Under the pieces are notes generated by a model, which was not told where the DNA came from, ran no database searches, and worked only from the letters and a program-made list of their open reading frames with translations. Below are positions 9,205-17,724 of a stretch of 44,162 nucleotides of DNA, piece after piece (positions within the stretch are counted from its first letter, which is position 1; each line of letters begins with the position of its first letter). The position numbers were made by a program, and so were the translations under genes. The stretch is taken from positions 1 through 44,162 of the forward strand of contig CAYHYA010000005.1 in assembly GCA_964360815.1 (NCBI GenBank), read 5' to 3'. The stretch is from an uncultured Candidatus Saccharibacteria bacterium (GTDB taxonomy: Bacteria; Patescibacteriota; Minisyncoccia; Phycocordibacterales; JACOZG01).

Positions 9205-12200
9205 TTAGGGGTTATCGACTAGGGTTGATTCTACTTCAACCTCGACTGTTTCGCTAGGGACAACTTCAACAATTTCAATTTCTACGCTTGGTTCCACTGC
9301 CGGATCAATCTCGGGCGGCGGTGTTGGATTAAGCTCAAGCGGTACGGCCGGCTCAACAATTGGGGCTTCAGGTTCGGGCTCTGGAGCATCTGGTTCCGGA
9401 GACGGTTCTGGTGATGGCAAGCCAATCCGCCGCAAGAGTTTGCGGAAACCAGTTTCGTCAACACAGGTTTCGCCAAGACACAATCGCTCGGTTTTTATCT
9501 CTTTAATTTCGAGGCGGCCAGTTTCGTCAATTCGCCAGGCGCCGGAGGTGCCAGCGATTGAACGCACCCCGAACAAATCGAGATTATCGAGATTGATCGA
9601 GACCAGCGGTTTAATCTGGCCAGACACCGAATCAACCGACCAGTATGAATCTGGTTGGTTGACAGTGATGCTCCCACCAGCGATCGCCGGGTTAAGTCGA
9701 GCGGCCGATAAGTTAATGAAAACCAAAATCCGGCCGAACTGGTTGTCGTCAAAATCTTCGAGCGCGAAACCAATCGTTTCTTCTTCGGCGAGAGCCTTCT
9801 TTCCCACGCCGTCTTTGGTTGAAAGAGAAATTCGGTCGCCGATTTGAATGGCGCCGCCCTCAAGTGACACATTGACCGGCACCCGTCCCGATAAAGCAAC
9901 CGGCAGTTTTATTTCGTTCTGGAAAAGCTGGTCATCGAATCCGCCAAGATAAAATCCCGGCTTAGTGGAAACAACACCAATAATCGGCATAGCCGAACCA
10001 TTGTTGGCCCGACTAATAAACACCGGATTATCATCGTCGAGCATAACGATCTCGCCGACACCAAGAGTAGGATCTTTGGTTGGATAACTCTCAGCGAGGT
10101 CAGCACCGGTGGTGTAAGCCCCGACCGCATAAACGGTGCCGGCGGTAGTTGCTCCGGTACAGGTATCATTATTATCAACACACAGCCAACCATTAGAAAT
10201 GCGGACATTGCCTCCAGCGGCCGCCGTGCCAACATGAAGCATGGCCGCTGGGGTGGTTGTTCCAATACCGACGCTCGCCGCATCCGCGCCAGTGCCGCCG
10301 AGAACAAGTGAGTTCGAGGCGGCCACGCGCGCGTTATGGCCGACCGCCGTGGCATTGCTCAAATTATTTGAAGTCACATCGGCCCCGGCCCCGAGCAAAG
10401 TTATTTTACTGCCGGTAGTGTTGGTTAGGCCCGCCCGAAAACCAAGTGCCGTCGTTGATGCCCCCGTGGTTTGATTGGTTAACGCCTCGTAACCAACAGC
10501 TGTGCTTGAAGCACCGGTAGTATTAAACTGTAAAGCCAGATATCCCGTGGCCACATTAGAGTTGCCCGTGGTATTAGAAGACAACGAATCAACCCCGACG
10601 GCGGTGTTGGAATAGCCAGTGGTATTATTTCCGAGAGAATTGTTGCCGATGGCGATACTGTTGTTTGTGGTGCCGTCCAACGCCGAACTGCCGATGGCAA
10701 TGTTGTTTGATCCTGAACCAGCACCAAAAGAACTGTTACCGATGGAGATGTTTGAGCCACCGGTCACGTTGCTCTGCATGGCTCCAACCCCGATAGCGAT
10801 ATTAGAGGTGCCGGTGGTGTTGCCGGCTAAAGCGCTTGCGCCGATGGCTGTGTTTTGAAAACCACTCGTGTTTGAAGATAAGGCCGAATGACCAATTGCG
10901 GTGTTTGAATCGCCGTTGTTTGTTAAAGAAATCAGAGCATTAAAACCGATACCGGTGTTATTGCTAGACCCGGACAACGTTAGATTGCCGGCCGACTCGC
11001 CAAGAAAAGTATTTTCCGTGCCAAAATTGTGGAGATAATTATTGCTGCCCAATTTGATTACTCCGACACTGGCCGTCGTCACCGGCAAACGGAAATTCCC
11101 CGTGATCTCGAGTTGCTCACTCGGACTAGCCGTGCCGAGACCGACTCGTCCGTTCTGATTGACGCCACCGATGTAGAAGGCCGGGGTTGATGAGCCGGTG
11201 TTGGAAACAATGAACGACGGGTTGGTGGTAGACATTTCAACGGAAAGGGTGCCCGTGGGTGAAGCGATGCCAATGCCGACATTACTAGCCACGTTGGTGC
11301 CAAGCAGAATGTAGCCGTTGCGACCGCCGCTGAAACCAGTTCCGCCATCAATAGTAATGTCGCCACCGATGGCCGTACCACCGGTTGTGGCGGCGTCGGC
11401 GGCGCTGATGGTGATGCCGTCACCATCAGTATCGGCGGCGGTTGAATCAGTCACACTAATGACGCGATCACTACCCACCTGGGCGGTAAAGGTGATGTTG
11501 CCAGACAAGCCAATTGAGCCAATGTTGACTAGGTTGCCGGAAGAGTTAATTCTTTGCGTCCCCGCCCCCGCGCCGGTGTTGATCCCCGTCGTGCCATTCA
11601 AGGTGGTGCCGGTGATGGTGCCGGCGGTCAAACTGTTGCTACCGATGTTGATCGAACCGAAGCCGGAAGCGATTGAGCCCGAGGCGAGCGCGCCAACGCT
11701 GGTCAGGCCGAGAGCGCTCGTCACGCTTGAGCCGAGGGCCGTCGCTGACAAGACGTTGGCATTGTTGATTAAGTAGACGCCACCGGTCGCCAAGTTGACG
11801 TTGCCGGTCGCGAGCGTGATCCCGCCACTGAAGGTTGAGGTGGCACTACCGGTCACATTGATAATTCCAAACGTTGAGGTGGCGGTCGTTGAAGTGGCCG
11901 TGAAGTAAGTGGAGACTGTTTCCCCAACCACCGATAGTTTGGCGTAAGGAGTGGTCGTCCCAATACCAACGTTACCACCATCAATCACCGTTAAAACTTC
12001 GTTGCCACTGTCTTGCAAATTTAGGATGTCGCCGGTGCTAGTTTGATTGATCGTTAAAACAGTTTGCACGCTCGAAGTGGCAATGGTTGAAGTTGAGTTA
12101 GTTAAAACGAAGGCGGTTGAATCGAGGTTGTCCAGTTTGTCGGCCACCAGGGCGGCCGGCACCGCGCCGATAACTTTGCGCGGTGTCATTTCCCCGTCCG

Positions 12201-12591
12201 AAGCGACGTTTACACCGAGGTATAAAGTTTGATTAAAATCAACGCTCGAGATACTGGAAACCGAACCAAGCATCACCGAAAACAAACCACTCGTGACGGT
12301 GACCGACTGCGTTTCCGTCCAGATCGCCGAGCCGCCGGAGGCGGCGGTATAAAGTGAAAAGACAATACTGTAAACACCGTCCGACACGGCCACGTTTGAG
12401 CTGTTGGTTAGTTTGCCTTGATAGTTGATTTGCGAGTTAACGGCGGCAAAAGATATAGGCGTGCCGAAAGAAAAAATCGCGATTATGGCAACAGCGACCA
12501 CACCAAACCGGCCCCATTTTGCAATGCAGCTATCACGACGAAATACGCGCGTCCGGATATTATTTACGTTCCCGTTAACGCCTTTCATCAA
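9205..12591 (-). CDS. large secreted fibre/adhesin-like protein with YadA-head-like repeats
   Basis: 1128-aa ORF with an N-terminal TM/signal helix (FGVVAVAIIAIFSFGTPISFA). The motif INYQGKLTNSS...YSIVFSLYTAASGGSAIWTE and repeated VGIGTTTPxxxLxV motifs are common in tail-fibre-like proteins. About 15 tandem 14-residue NTAIGxxALxxNTTG repeats are present. The C-terminal tail is Pro/Glu-rich. Confidence 0.65.
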   Translation of the reverse strand: MMKGVNGNVNNIRTRVFRRDSCIAKWGRFGVVAVAIIAIFSFGTPISFAAVNSQINYQGKLTNSSNVAVSDGVYSIVFSLYTAASGGSAIWTETQSVTVTSGLFSVMLGSVSSISSVDFNQTLYLGVNVASDGEMTPRKVIGAVPAALVADKLDNLDSTAFVLTNSTSTIATSSVQTVLTINQTSTGDILNLQDSGNEVLTVIDGGNVGIGTTTPYAKLSVVGETVSTYFTATSTTATSTFGIINVTGSATSTFSGGITLATGNVNLATGGVYLINNANVLSATALGSSVTSALGLTSVGALASGSIASGFGSINIGSNSLTAGTITGTTLNGTTGINTGAGAGTQRINSSGNLVNIGSIGLSGNITFTAQVGSDRVISVTDSTAADTDGDGITISAADAATTGGTAIGGDITIDGGTGFSGGRNGYILLGTNVASNVGIGIASPTGTLSVEMSTTNPSFIVSNTGSSTPAFYIGGVNQNGRVGLGTASPSEQLEITGNFRLPVTTASVGVIKLGSNNYLHNFGTENTFLGESAGNLTLSGSSNNTGIGFNALISLTNNGDSNTAIGHSALSSNTSGFQNTAIGASALAGNTTGTSNIAIGVGAMQSNVTGGSNISIGNSSFGAGSGSNNIAIGSSALDGTTNNSIAIGNNSLGNNTTGYSNTAVGVDSLSSNTTGNSNVATGYLALQFNTTGASSTAVGYEALTNQTTGASTTALGFRAGLTNTTGSKITLLGAGADVTSNNLSNATAVGHNARVAASNSLVLGGTGADAASVGIGTTTPAAMLHVGTAAAGGNVRISNGWLCVDNNDTCTGATTAGTVYAVGAYTTGADLAESYPTKDPTLGVGEIVMLDDDNPVFISRANNGSAMPIIGVVSTKPGFYLGGFDDQLFQNEIKLPVALSGRVPVNVSLEGGAIQIGDRISLSTKDGVGKKALAEEETIGFALEDFDDNQFGRILVFINLSAARLNPAIAGGSITVNQPDSYWSVDSVSGQIKPLVSINLDNLDLFGVRSIAGTSGAWRIDETGRLEIKEIKTERLCLGETCVDETGFRKLLRRIGLPSPEPSPEPDAPEPEPEAPIVEPAVPLELNPTPPPEIDPAVEPSVEIEIVEVVPSETVEVEVESTLVDNP
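9292..9420 (-). repeat. Pro/Glu-rich low-complexity tail of the fibre protein
   Basis: aa ~1058-1100: LPSPEPSPEPDAPEPEPEAPIVEPAVPLELNPTPPPEIDPAVE. Confidence 0.8.
10294..11016 (-). repeat. tandem ~14-residue coding repeats (YadA-head / Hep_Hag-like) within the fibre gene
   Basis: aa ~526-766: ...SNTAIGHSALSSNTSGFQNTAIGASALAGNTTGTSNIAIGVGAMQSNVTGGSNISIG...STTAVGYEALTNQTTGASTTALGF... The periodicity is visible directly in the translation. Confidence 0.6.
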
Positions 12592-12632
12592 TTTATTCAG
12601 TTACTCAAATTATAGCATGAGCCCGGTCGTTT

Positions 12633-13121
12633 TTATTTCCAGAAACCAACAACTAGTGGGGATAAAGAAAGTAAGAATCTACCGATGCGTCTCCCGAAAT
12701 TGTTTTTTCCCATTTTCAACATATTGTTTCGCGGTTTCGGCGTTTTCGATCGATCGAAACTTGTGATGATAACTAAAAAACTTTCATCCAGCTCTTTTTC
12801 GTTCAAAGTTTCGGGGATATAACCATAATGAACTGGCATGACGCCATCGTTCACCGGAATCACGTTCTTAATTGGCCCAAGATCAATGAACCCTGATTTA
12901 TCATATTTGATATGCCTGCGCCGAACATCGCCTTTCGGCATTTCAATAACTGCTTTCATTTTATTTACCGATGTATTCAAACCTTGAAACTTTTTTCCAT
13001 CAACTTCAACTTTTTCAATAAACATCTTGAGTGGTCGAATCCATAGATCGCGATCATCATAGAGAGCACGGCAAACCACCAGCTCTTCAAGCGTTTCGCT
13101 GTGTCGGCCAACGCCAATCAC
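12633..13121 (-). pseudogene. DUF1653-like domain fused in frame to a degraded family-I inorganic pyrophosphatase remnant
   Basis: aa 1-48 (plus the upstream in-frame HKSGKDYEV, which lacks an ATG) match the DUF1653 pattern (GRHSETLEELVVCRALYDDRDLWIRPLKMFIEKVEVDGKKF). From M55 (nt 12959), MKAVIEMPKGD..KYDKSGFIDL....PVHYGYIPETL matches the PPase N-terminus. The DxDxxD acidic cluster and the central ~75 aa are missing. A different frame after the T6 run (12775-12780) reads KFFSYHHKFRSIENAETAKQYVENGKKQF, which resembles the PPase C-terminus. Confidence 0.45.
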
Positions 13122-13146
13122 TTCGTAATCCTTCCCGCTCTTGTGG

Positions 13147-13824
13147 TTAGGAATTTTTCTCTAATTCCCCAATTACTTTTTTCACCAATTCAATCGGATC
13201 GGAATCAAAGATAACCTTGGATTTATTTCCTGCTTTTTTGATCTTTTTCCACAAATTAGGAATTTCATCGGCTGTACCCCCAGTGCCCACGAGAACGCCG
13301 ATTACTTTCTGGAAATCTACCAGATTAGTAAACTCATTGAGCGTCCCCCATTTACCAGAAATAATAATCCCCGCATCGCTTGAGGCGGTGGAAGTCACGT
13401 TGCGGTACTTGCAACAAGCCTCATGCCAATTGATAAACTCAAAATCTTTCGGCACAAAAAACATTTTAGTGTACAGAGATTTATCGGTGTGTTTACCTCG
13501 TGGTTCCAATATTACATAAGAAGCGTAATCTTTCGCTGGAGCGAAGCCCCACACTTCGCCACTCGATTCGCGAGCAGCACGAGCGGCAACATACGGCAAT
13601 CCAGAACAAGCACCGGTAACCACAATTGCGCCGTGGTTAGCTAATTCTTTGCCCACAGTTTGTGTCGCGATAAAAATCGGGGTTTGTTTATTTTCGTCAG
13701 TCAAAAACCCGGACCCATATACCCCAATTTTCCATTTATTATTTCCCATGGCACTTCTTAAAATCACTGGCGGTATTCTCTTGTTGAAGCGGTTTTCTTC
13801 CATAGTTAATTGGTTACAAACCAA
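13147..13824 (-). CDS. LOG / TIGR00725-type (SLOG superfamily) Rossmann-fold nucleotide-binding protein
   Basis: 225-aa ORF with KIGVYGSG...VVTGACSGLPYVAARAARESSGEVWGFAP and SGKWGTLNEF (the GxGTxxE motif of LOG-like proteins). Alternative starts lie at 13803 (M8) or 13749 (M26). Confidence 0.6.
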   Translation of the reverse strand: MVCNQLTMEENRFNKRIPPVILRSAMGNNKWKIGVYGSGFLTDENKQTPIFIATQTVGKELANHGAIVVTGACSGLPYVAARAARESSGEVWGFAPAKDYASYVILEPRGKHTDKSLYTKMFFVPKDFEFINWHEACCKYRNVTSTASSDAGIIISGKWGTLNEFTNLVDFQKVIGVLVGTGGTADEIPNLWKKIKKAGNKSKVIFDSDPIELVKKVIGELEKNS

Positions 13825-13833
13825 CTATACCCA

Positions 13834-13862
13834 ATAGTACACGAATATACCCAGTAAAACAA
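13834..13862 (-). promoter_or_regulatory. candidate sigma70-like promoter (TTGTTT-17 nt-TACTAT) upstream of the LOG-like gene
   Basis: Read on the minus strand in the 50-nt gap after the NUDIX stop. It has a weak -35 and a moderate -10. An imperfect direct repeat, tactgggtata / tattgggtata, is also present. Confidence 0.25.
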
Positions 13863-13874
13863 GACGATATTTTC

Positions 13875-14309
13875 CTAATTTGAGCAGGTTATTTCCAAGA
13901 TATGTTTTTCAAAAAAATCTCTCGTGGCGGGGAAAAGTTTTATGGTTTTCATTTCTTTTTCAGTAAACCAACCGGCGTTGGCTATTTCGGTTTGATTAAT
14001 TTTAAAATTTTCTAAATCGCCGGCTAAAAAACGGCAAATCCACCAAGAAGTAACTCTGTTTTTTGTGTCGCCGAGTGTTTCCGTGATTTTCTTCACTGGC
14101 TTGATTTTGAGATTTAACTCTTCTTTTATTTCCCTGATCAGGGTTTGTCTTTCATTTTCCCCTTTTTCCGTATGCCCACCCGGCGGATACCAACAGCCAG
14201 TGAATTCCCCGAAATCTTTTTTTGATTTTACCAAAAGATACTGATTTGTTCCATCGTTTCTTTGGCGTGAGATTAGACCGACCACGACTTTTTTGTTTTT
14301 ATTTTCCAT
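13875..14309 (-). CDS. NUDIX hydrolase
   Basis: The Nudix box GGHTEKGENERQTLIREIKEELNL fits GX5EX7REUXEEXGU. The start is taken at the internal MENKNKK (ATG 14307-14309), which overlaps the epimerase stop by 11 nt. The track's longer ORF (to 14369) lies inside the upstream gene. Confidence 0.8.
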   Translation of the reverse strand: MENKNKKVVVGLISRQRNDGTNQYLLVKSKKDFGEFTGCWYPPGGHTEKGENERQTLIREIKEELNLKIKPVKKITETLGDTKNRVTSWWICRFLAGDLENFKINQTEIANAGWFTEKEMKTIKLFPATRDFFEKHILEITCSN

Positions 14310-15246
14310 GACACTTTTTATATTTTTTGCCACTACCGCAAGGGCAAGAACACTGCTTAAGCTCCTCAATGCCCTGGGTGATAGAAACTCGAGGACTCCA
14401 ACCCAGAAGTTTCTTGGCCAGAGTATTATCAGCCAGAGTGTTGCGCGGTTCTAGTCTGGCTGGAATGTATTTGATCGGCCCCCCAATCAAACGCGCAATC
14501 TGGTTGACCGATTGATGTTGGCCTGCTCCGATATTAATAACTTCTCCGTGGCCAACCTTTCTACTTTTCATGGCTAATAAATTCGCCCGGACCACATCGT
14601 GCACACTGGTAAAATCTCGGGTCTGTTTGCCGTCACCAGTAATAGTCATTGGTTCTTTCCGAGAACGTTGTTTCAAAAATTTAGCAATCACCAAAGCGTA
14701 GGCCCCGGCGTCACTTTGTTTTGGTCCATAGACATTAAAGTAACGTAATGAAACCGTTGGGAGTTCGTAGATCGCACTCCATAATTGGCAATACTGCTCA
14801 CCAATATACTTCTGTAGACCATAAGGGCTCTTAGGGTTAGCAGAAAAAGTTTCCTTCAACGGCATTTTGGTCTGATCTCCATAGGCCGAACTCGAAGCAG
14901 AATAGACCACTCGCTCGACCCCCGCTTCGTGCGCGGCAATTAATATATTCATGGTCCCTTCAACGTTAACCCTGTTGGTTTGAGCCGGATTTTCAATGGA
15001 GTACTGGACGCGGGGTAGAGCAGCTAGATGAAAAACATATCGAGCGTTATTGAATATCGGCCTGATGGATTTTAGATTTACAATATTTTTAACATGCAGC
15101 TTGGCCCCCGGAGGAATATTTTGTTTGTTACCACCAGATAAATTATCAATGACGTGAACATCAAAAGAACGGGCAACAAGAGCTCGAGTCAAGTTGGAAC
15201 CAATGAATCCGGCGCCGCCAGTTACAATAATTTTTTTATTTTCCAT
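14299..15246 (-). CDS. NAD-dependent sugar epimerase/dehydratase (extended SDR, GalE-like) with C-terminal SEC-C zinc-finger tail
   Basis: The Rossmann motif is [12 protein letters not shown] and the catalytic YxxxK is [11 protein letters not shown]. The last 17 aa, [17 protein letters not shown], repeat the SecA C-terminal [15 protein letters not shown] found at the end of the upstream gene. Confidence 0.8.
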   Translation of the reverse strand: MENKKIIVTGGAGFIGSNLTRALVARSFDVHVIDNLSGGNKQNIPPGAKLHVKNIVNLKSIRPIFNNARYVFHLAALPRVQYSIENPAQTNRVNVEGTMNILIAAHEAGVERVVYSASSSAYGDQTKMPLKETFSANPKSPYGLQKYIGEQYCQLWSAIYELPTVSLRYFNVYGPKQSDAGAYALVIAKFLKQRSRKEPMTITGDGKQTRDFTSVHDVVRANLLAMKSRKVGHGEVINIGAGQHQSVNQIARLIGGPIKYIPARLEPRNTLADNTLAKKLLGWSPRVSITQGIEELKQCSCPCGSGKKYKKCHGK

Positions 15247-17653
15247 GGCACTTCTTATATTTCTTGCCGGAGCCGCAAGGGCAGGGATCGTTGCGTCCGA
15301 CTTTCGGTCCTACCCGAGCGGGTGTTGGAGTTGATTGAATAATCGGGGCTAAAGTGATCGGTCGAACGACTTTAGTATCACCATTTTCGGCAAGTCGCTT
15401 AACCGCCTCGGTAATGGTGTCAAGCATCGCCGTTTCCATCACTTTAAATAGTTTCAGCCCTTCACGCTTATATTCGATCAGCGGATCGCGTTGACCGTAA
15501 GCGCGTAAACGCACGCCCTGTTTTAAGTATTCCATCGCTTCCAAATGTTCAACCCACAACCCGTCAAGCACGCCGAGCATGATCGGTTTCAAATTTTCAA
15601 TGGTTAACGTCTCGGGCAACTGGTAATCAACCAGCAATTGTTCGAGAACGGCGCGATCGCCAAACAAAATTTGTTCGCGCCGCGTGTAAACAATTGTTCG
15701 TTGGTGGTTGAGAACGTTGTCATACTCCAAAAGTTGTCGGCGAAGATCAAAATTTAAGCCCTCAATTTTCTTTTGGGCGCTTTCGATGGCGCGAGCGACC
15801 AGCCGGTGTTCGATGGGTTCATTTTCCGGCAAACCAAATCGCCCAATCATTTTCTTCACCCCCTCCGACACAAATACTCGCGTCAAAGAATCTTCAAAAG
15901 AAAGGAAAAATCTCGTCTGCCCGGGATCGCCCTGACGACCAGTGCGCCCGCGGAGTTGATTATCAATTCGCCGGGCCTCGTGGCGCTCCGTGCCCAACAC
16001 AAACAAGCCGCCGAGCTGTTTAATTTCCTCGACTTCGGCAACGCTCGCCGCCACGCCGCCGAGCTTGATATCAACTCCCCGCCCGGCCAGGTTGGTAGCA
16101 ATCACCACACTGCCCTTTTTGCCGGCGGCAGCAATGATCGCCCCTTCTTCTTCGTGATTCTTGGCGTTCAAAACTCGATGCGGCACCCCGAGTCGTTTTA
16201 AATAACCGGAGAGTAGTTCGTTCTTCTCGATCGAAACCGTCCCGACCAACACCGGCTGACCGCGCCCGTGTAGTTCGGCGATTTTCTCGCTGACGGCGTG
16301 GAATTTTCCAGCTTCGGTTTGAAGCACCACGTCCACCAAATCAACGCGCTGGTTCAGACGATTGGTTGGCACCGCCACCACGTCAAGGTTGTAAACTTTT
16401 CGAAATTCTTCGGCACTTGTCGCGGCCGTGCCGGTCATGCCAGCCAGTTTCCGGTAGAGTTTAAAATAATTTTGCAGGGTGATGCTGGCCTGGGTGCGCG
16501 ACTCTTCTTTAACCGCCACGCGCTCTTTGGCCTCAACTGCTTGATGGAGGCCGTCAGACCAACGCCGGCCGGGCTGAAGACGACCAGTGAATTCGTCAAC
16601 GATCACCACTTCCCCGCCCCGCACCACATAGTCGCGATCTTTGATAAACAACGCCCGCGCACGCACGGCTGTTTCCAGATGATGCACCAGCTTGACTCCG
16701 CGATCGGTGTACAAATTATCCACGCCGAGTTTTTGCTCGGCCTTGGTGATGCCGCTTTCGGTGATAATGGCCGCGCGATGTTTTTCATCAAGTTCGTAGT
16801 CGGTGGTTGGTTCAAGCGCGGCGGCAATGTCGGCGAACACGCGATAGAGACTGTCGGACGGGGCGACTGGCGCCGAAATAATGAGCGGCGTTCTGGCCTC
16901 ATCAATTAGCACCGAATCAACCTCGTCAATAATCGCAAACTGCCGGCGTGCCAAAGCCGTTGCGCCGGTTTGAACAACGTTGTCGGGGCGGTAAACAGTG
17001 TGATCACGCAGGTAATCAAAACCAAATTCGTTGTTGGAACCATAAGTAATGTCGGCAGCATAGGCCTCGCGACGCGTCACTGGTCGCAAAAATTCGTAGG
17101 ACACGCGGAATAAACCCGTGGCATCGCGCGTGGCGTCGTCGGTCGCGACGGCGTGACTGGAATCATAAAGATATGATGACTGATTATTGATCACTCCGAC
17201 CGACAAACCAAGCGCTTCATAAATCTGTCCCATCCACACAGCATCGCGGCGCGCCAAGTAGTCGTTGACCGTCACCACATGCACCCCCTGAGCAGCCAAG
17301 GCATTAAGATAAGCCGCCAAAGTGGCGACTAGAGTTTTGCCTTCGCCAGTTTTCATTTCCGCGATTCTTCCTTGATGAAGAATGATGCCACCAAGTAGTT
17401 GGACGTCGAAGTGTCTTTGTTTGAGCGTGCGTTTGGCCGCTTCGCGCACCAGGGCAAAACTTTCCGGCAAAAGTTCGTCCAGAGTTTCGCCGGCCGCCAA
17501 GCGTTCTTTGAGGGTCGTGGTTTTACTCTTTAGCTCCTCTTGATTTAACGTCGCGACTTCTAATTCAAGGGCGTTAATTTGATTGACCAGCGGGGCAATC
17601 TGCTTGAGGTAACGACTGTTTTCGTCACCGAATAATTTAGAAAAAAATGCCAT
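15236..17653 (-). CDS. secA: preprotein translocase ATPase SecA
   Basis: 805 aa. Walker A is [11 protein letters not shown] and the DEAD-like box is [34 protein letters not shown] is present. The C-terminus carries the SEC-C motif [17 protein letters not shown]. Confidence 0.97.
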   Translation of the reverse strand: MAFFSKLFGDENSRYLKQIAPLVNQINALELEVATLNQEELKSKTTTLKERLAAGETLDELLPESFALVREAAKRTLKQRHFDVQLLGGIILHQGRIAEMKTGEGKTLVATLAAYLNALAAQGVHVVTVNDYLARRDAVWMGQIYEALGLSVGVINNQSSYLYDSSHAVATDDATRDATGLFRVSYEFLRPVTRREAYAADITYGSNNEFGFDYLRDHTVYRPDNVVQTGATALARRQFAIIDEVDSVLIDEARTPLIISAPVAPSDSLYRVFADIAAALEPTTDYELDEKHRAAIITESGITKAEQKLGVDNLYTDRGVKLVHHLETAVRARALFIKDRDYVVRGGEVVIVDEFTGRLQPGRRWSDGLHQAVEAKERVAVKEESRTQASITLQNYFKLYRKLAGMTGTAATSAEEFRKVYNLDVVAVPTNRLNQRVDLVDVVLQTEAGKFHAVSEKIAELHGRGQPVLVGTVSIEKNELLSGYLKRLGVPHRVLNAKNHEEEGAIIAAAGKKGSVVIATNLAGRGVDIKLGGVAASVAEVEEIKQLGGLFVLGTERHEARRIDNQLRGRTGRQGDPGQTRFFLSFEDSLTRVFVSEGVKKMIGRFGLPENEPIEHRLVARAIESAQKKIEGLNFDLRRQLLEYDNVLNHQRTIVYTRREQILFGDRAVLEQLLVDYQLPETLTIENLKPIMLGVLDGLWVEHLEAMEYLKQGVRLRAYGQRDPLIEYKREGLKLFKVMETAMLDTITEAVKRLAENGDTKVVRPITLAPIIQSTPTPARVGPKVGRNDPCPCGSGKKYKKCHGK

Positions 17654-17670
17654 AACGGCGCCAGTCTAGC

Positions 17671-17705
17671 ACAGAAAAACAGAATCCCCCAAGGGGGATT
17701 CTGTT
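17671..17705 (-). terminator. intrinsic terminator/attenuator hairpin between the uORF and secA
   Basis: The minus-strand RNA reads AACAGAAUCCCC-CUUG-GGGGAUUCUGUU followed by UUUCUGU. It is a perfect 12-bp stem with a U-run, about 25 nt upstream of the secA ATG. Confidence 0.6.
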
Positions 17706-17724
17706 GCTTCGGACCAAGTGGAAA

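Noticed and set aside
10294-11016. A regular ~42-nt periodicity might suggest a CRISPR-like or satellite repeat.
   Set aside because: The periodicity is at the protein level (14-residue beta-roll repeats) inside an intact ORF. The nucleotide units are degenerate, with no repeat/spacer alternation.
9440-11776. Long antisense or alternative-frame ORFs lie inside the fibre gene (for example 9440..9847 +, 9909..10355 -, 11318..11776 +, 11079..11426 -).
   Set aside because: They lie wholly within the 1128-aa ORF and have Pro/Ala/Arg-rich low-complexity translations, as expected from out-of-frame reading of a GC-rich, repeat-rich gene. They have no independent motifs or ribosome-binding sites.
12425-12766. 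113-aa plus-strand ORF across the fibre-gene start and the PPase remnant.
   Set aside because: It overlaps the fibre N-terminus and the remnant on the opposite strand. It has no motifs, and the minus-strand readings explain the region better.
15708-16909. Plus-strand ORFs of 142 and 203 aa antisense to secA.
   Set aside because: secA is unambiguous across this interval. The antisense translations have no recognisable motifs and are typical shadow ORFs.
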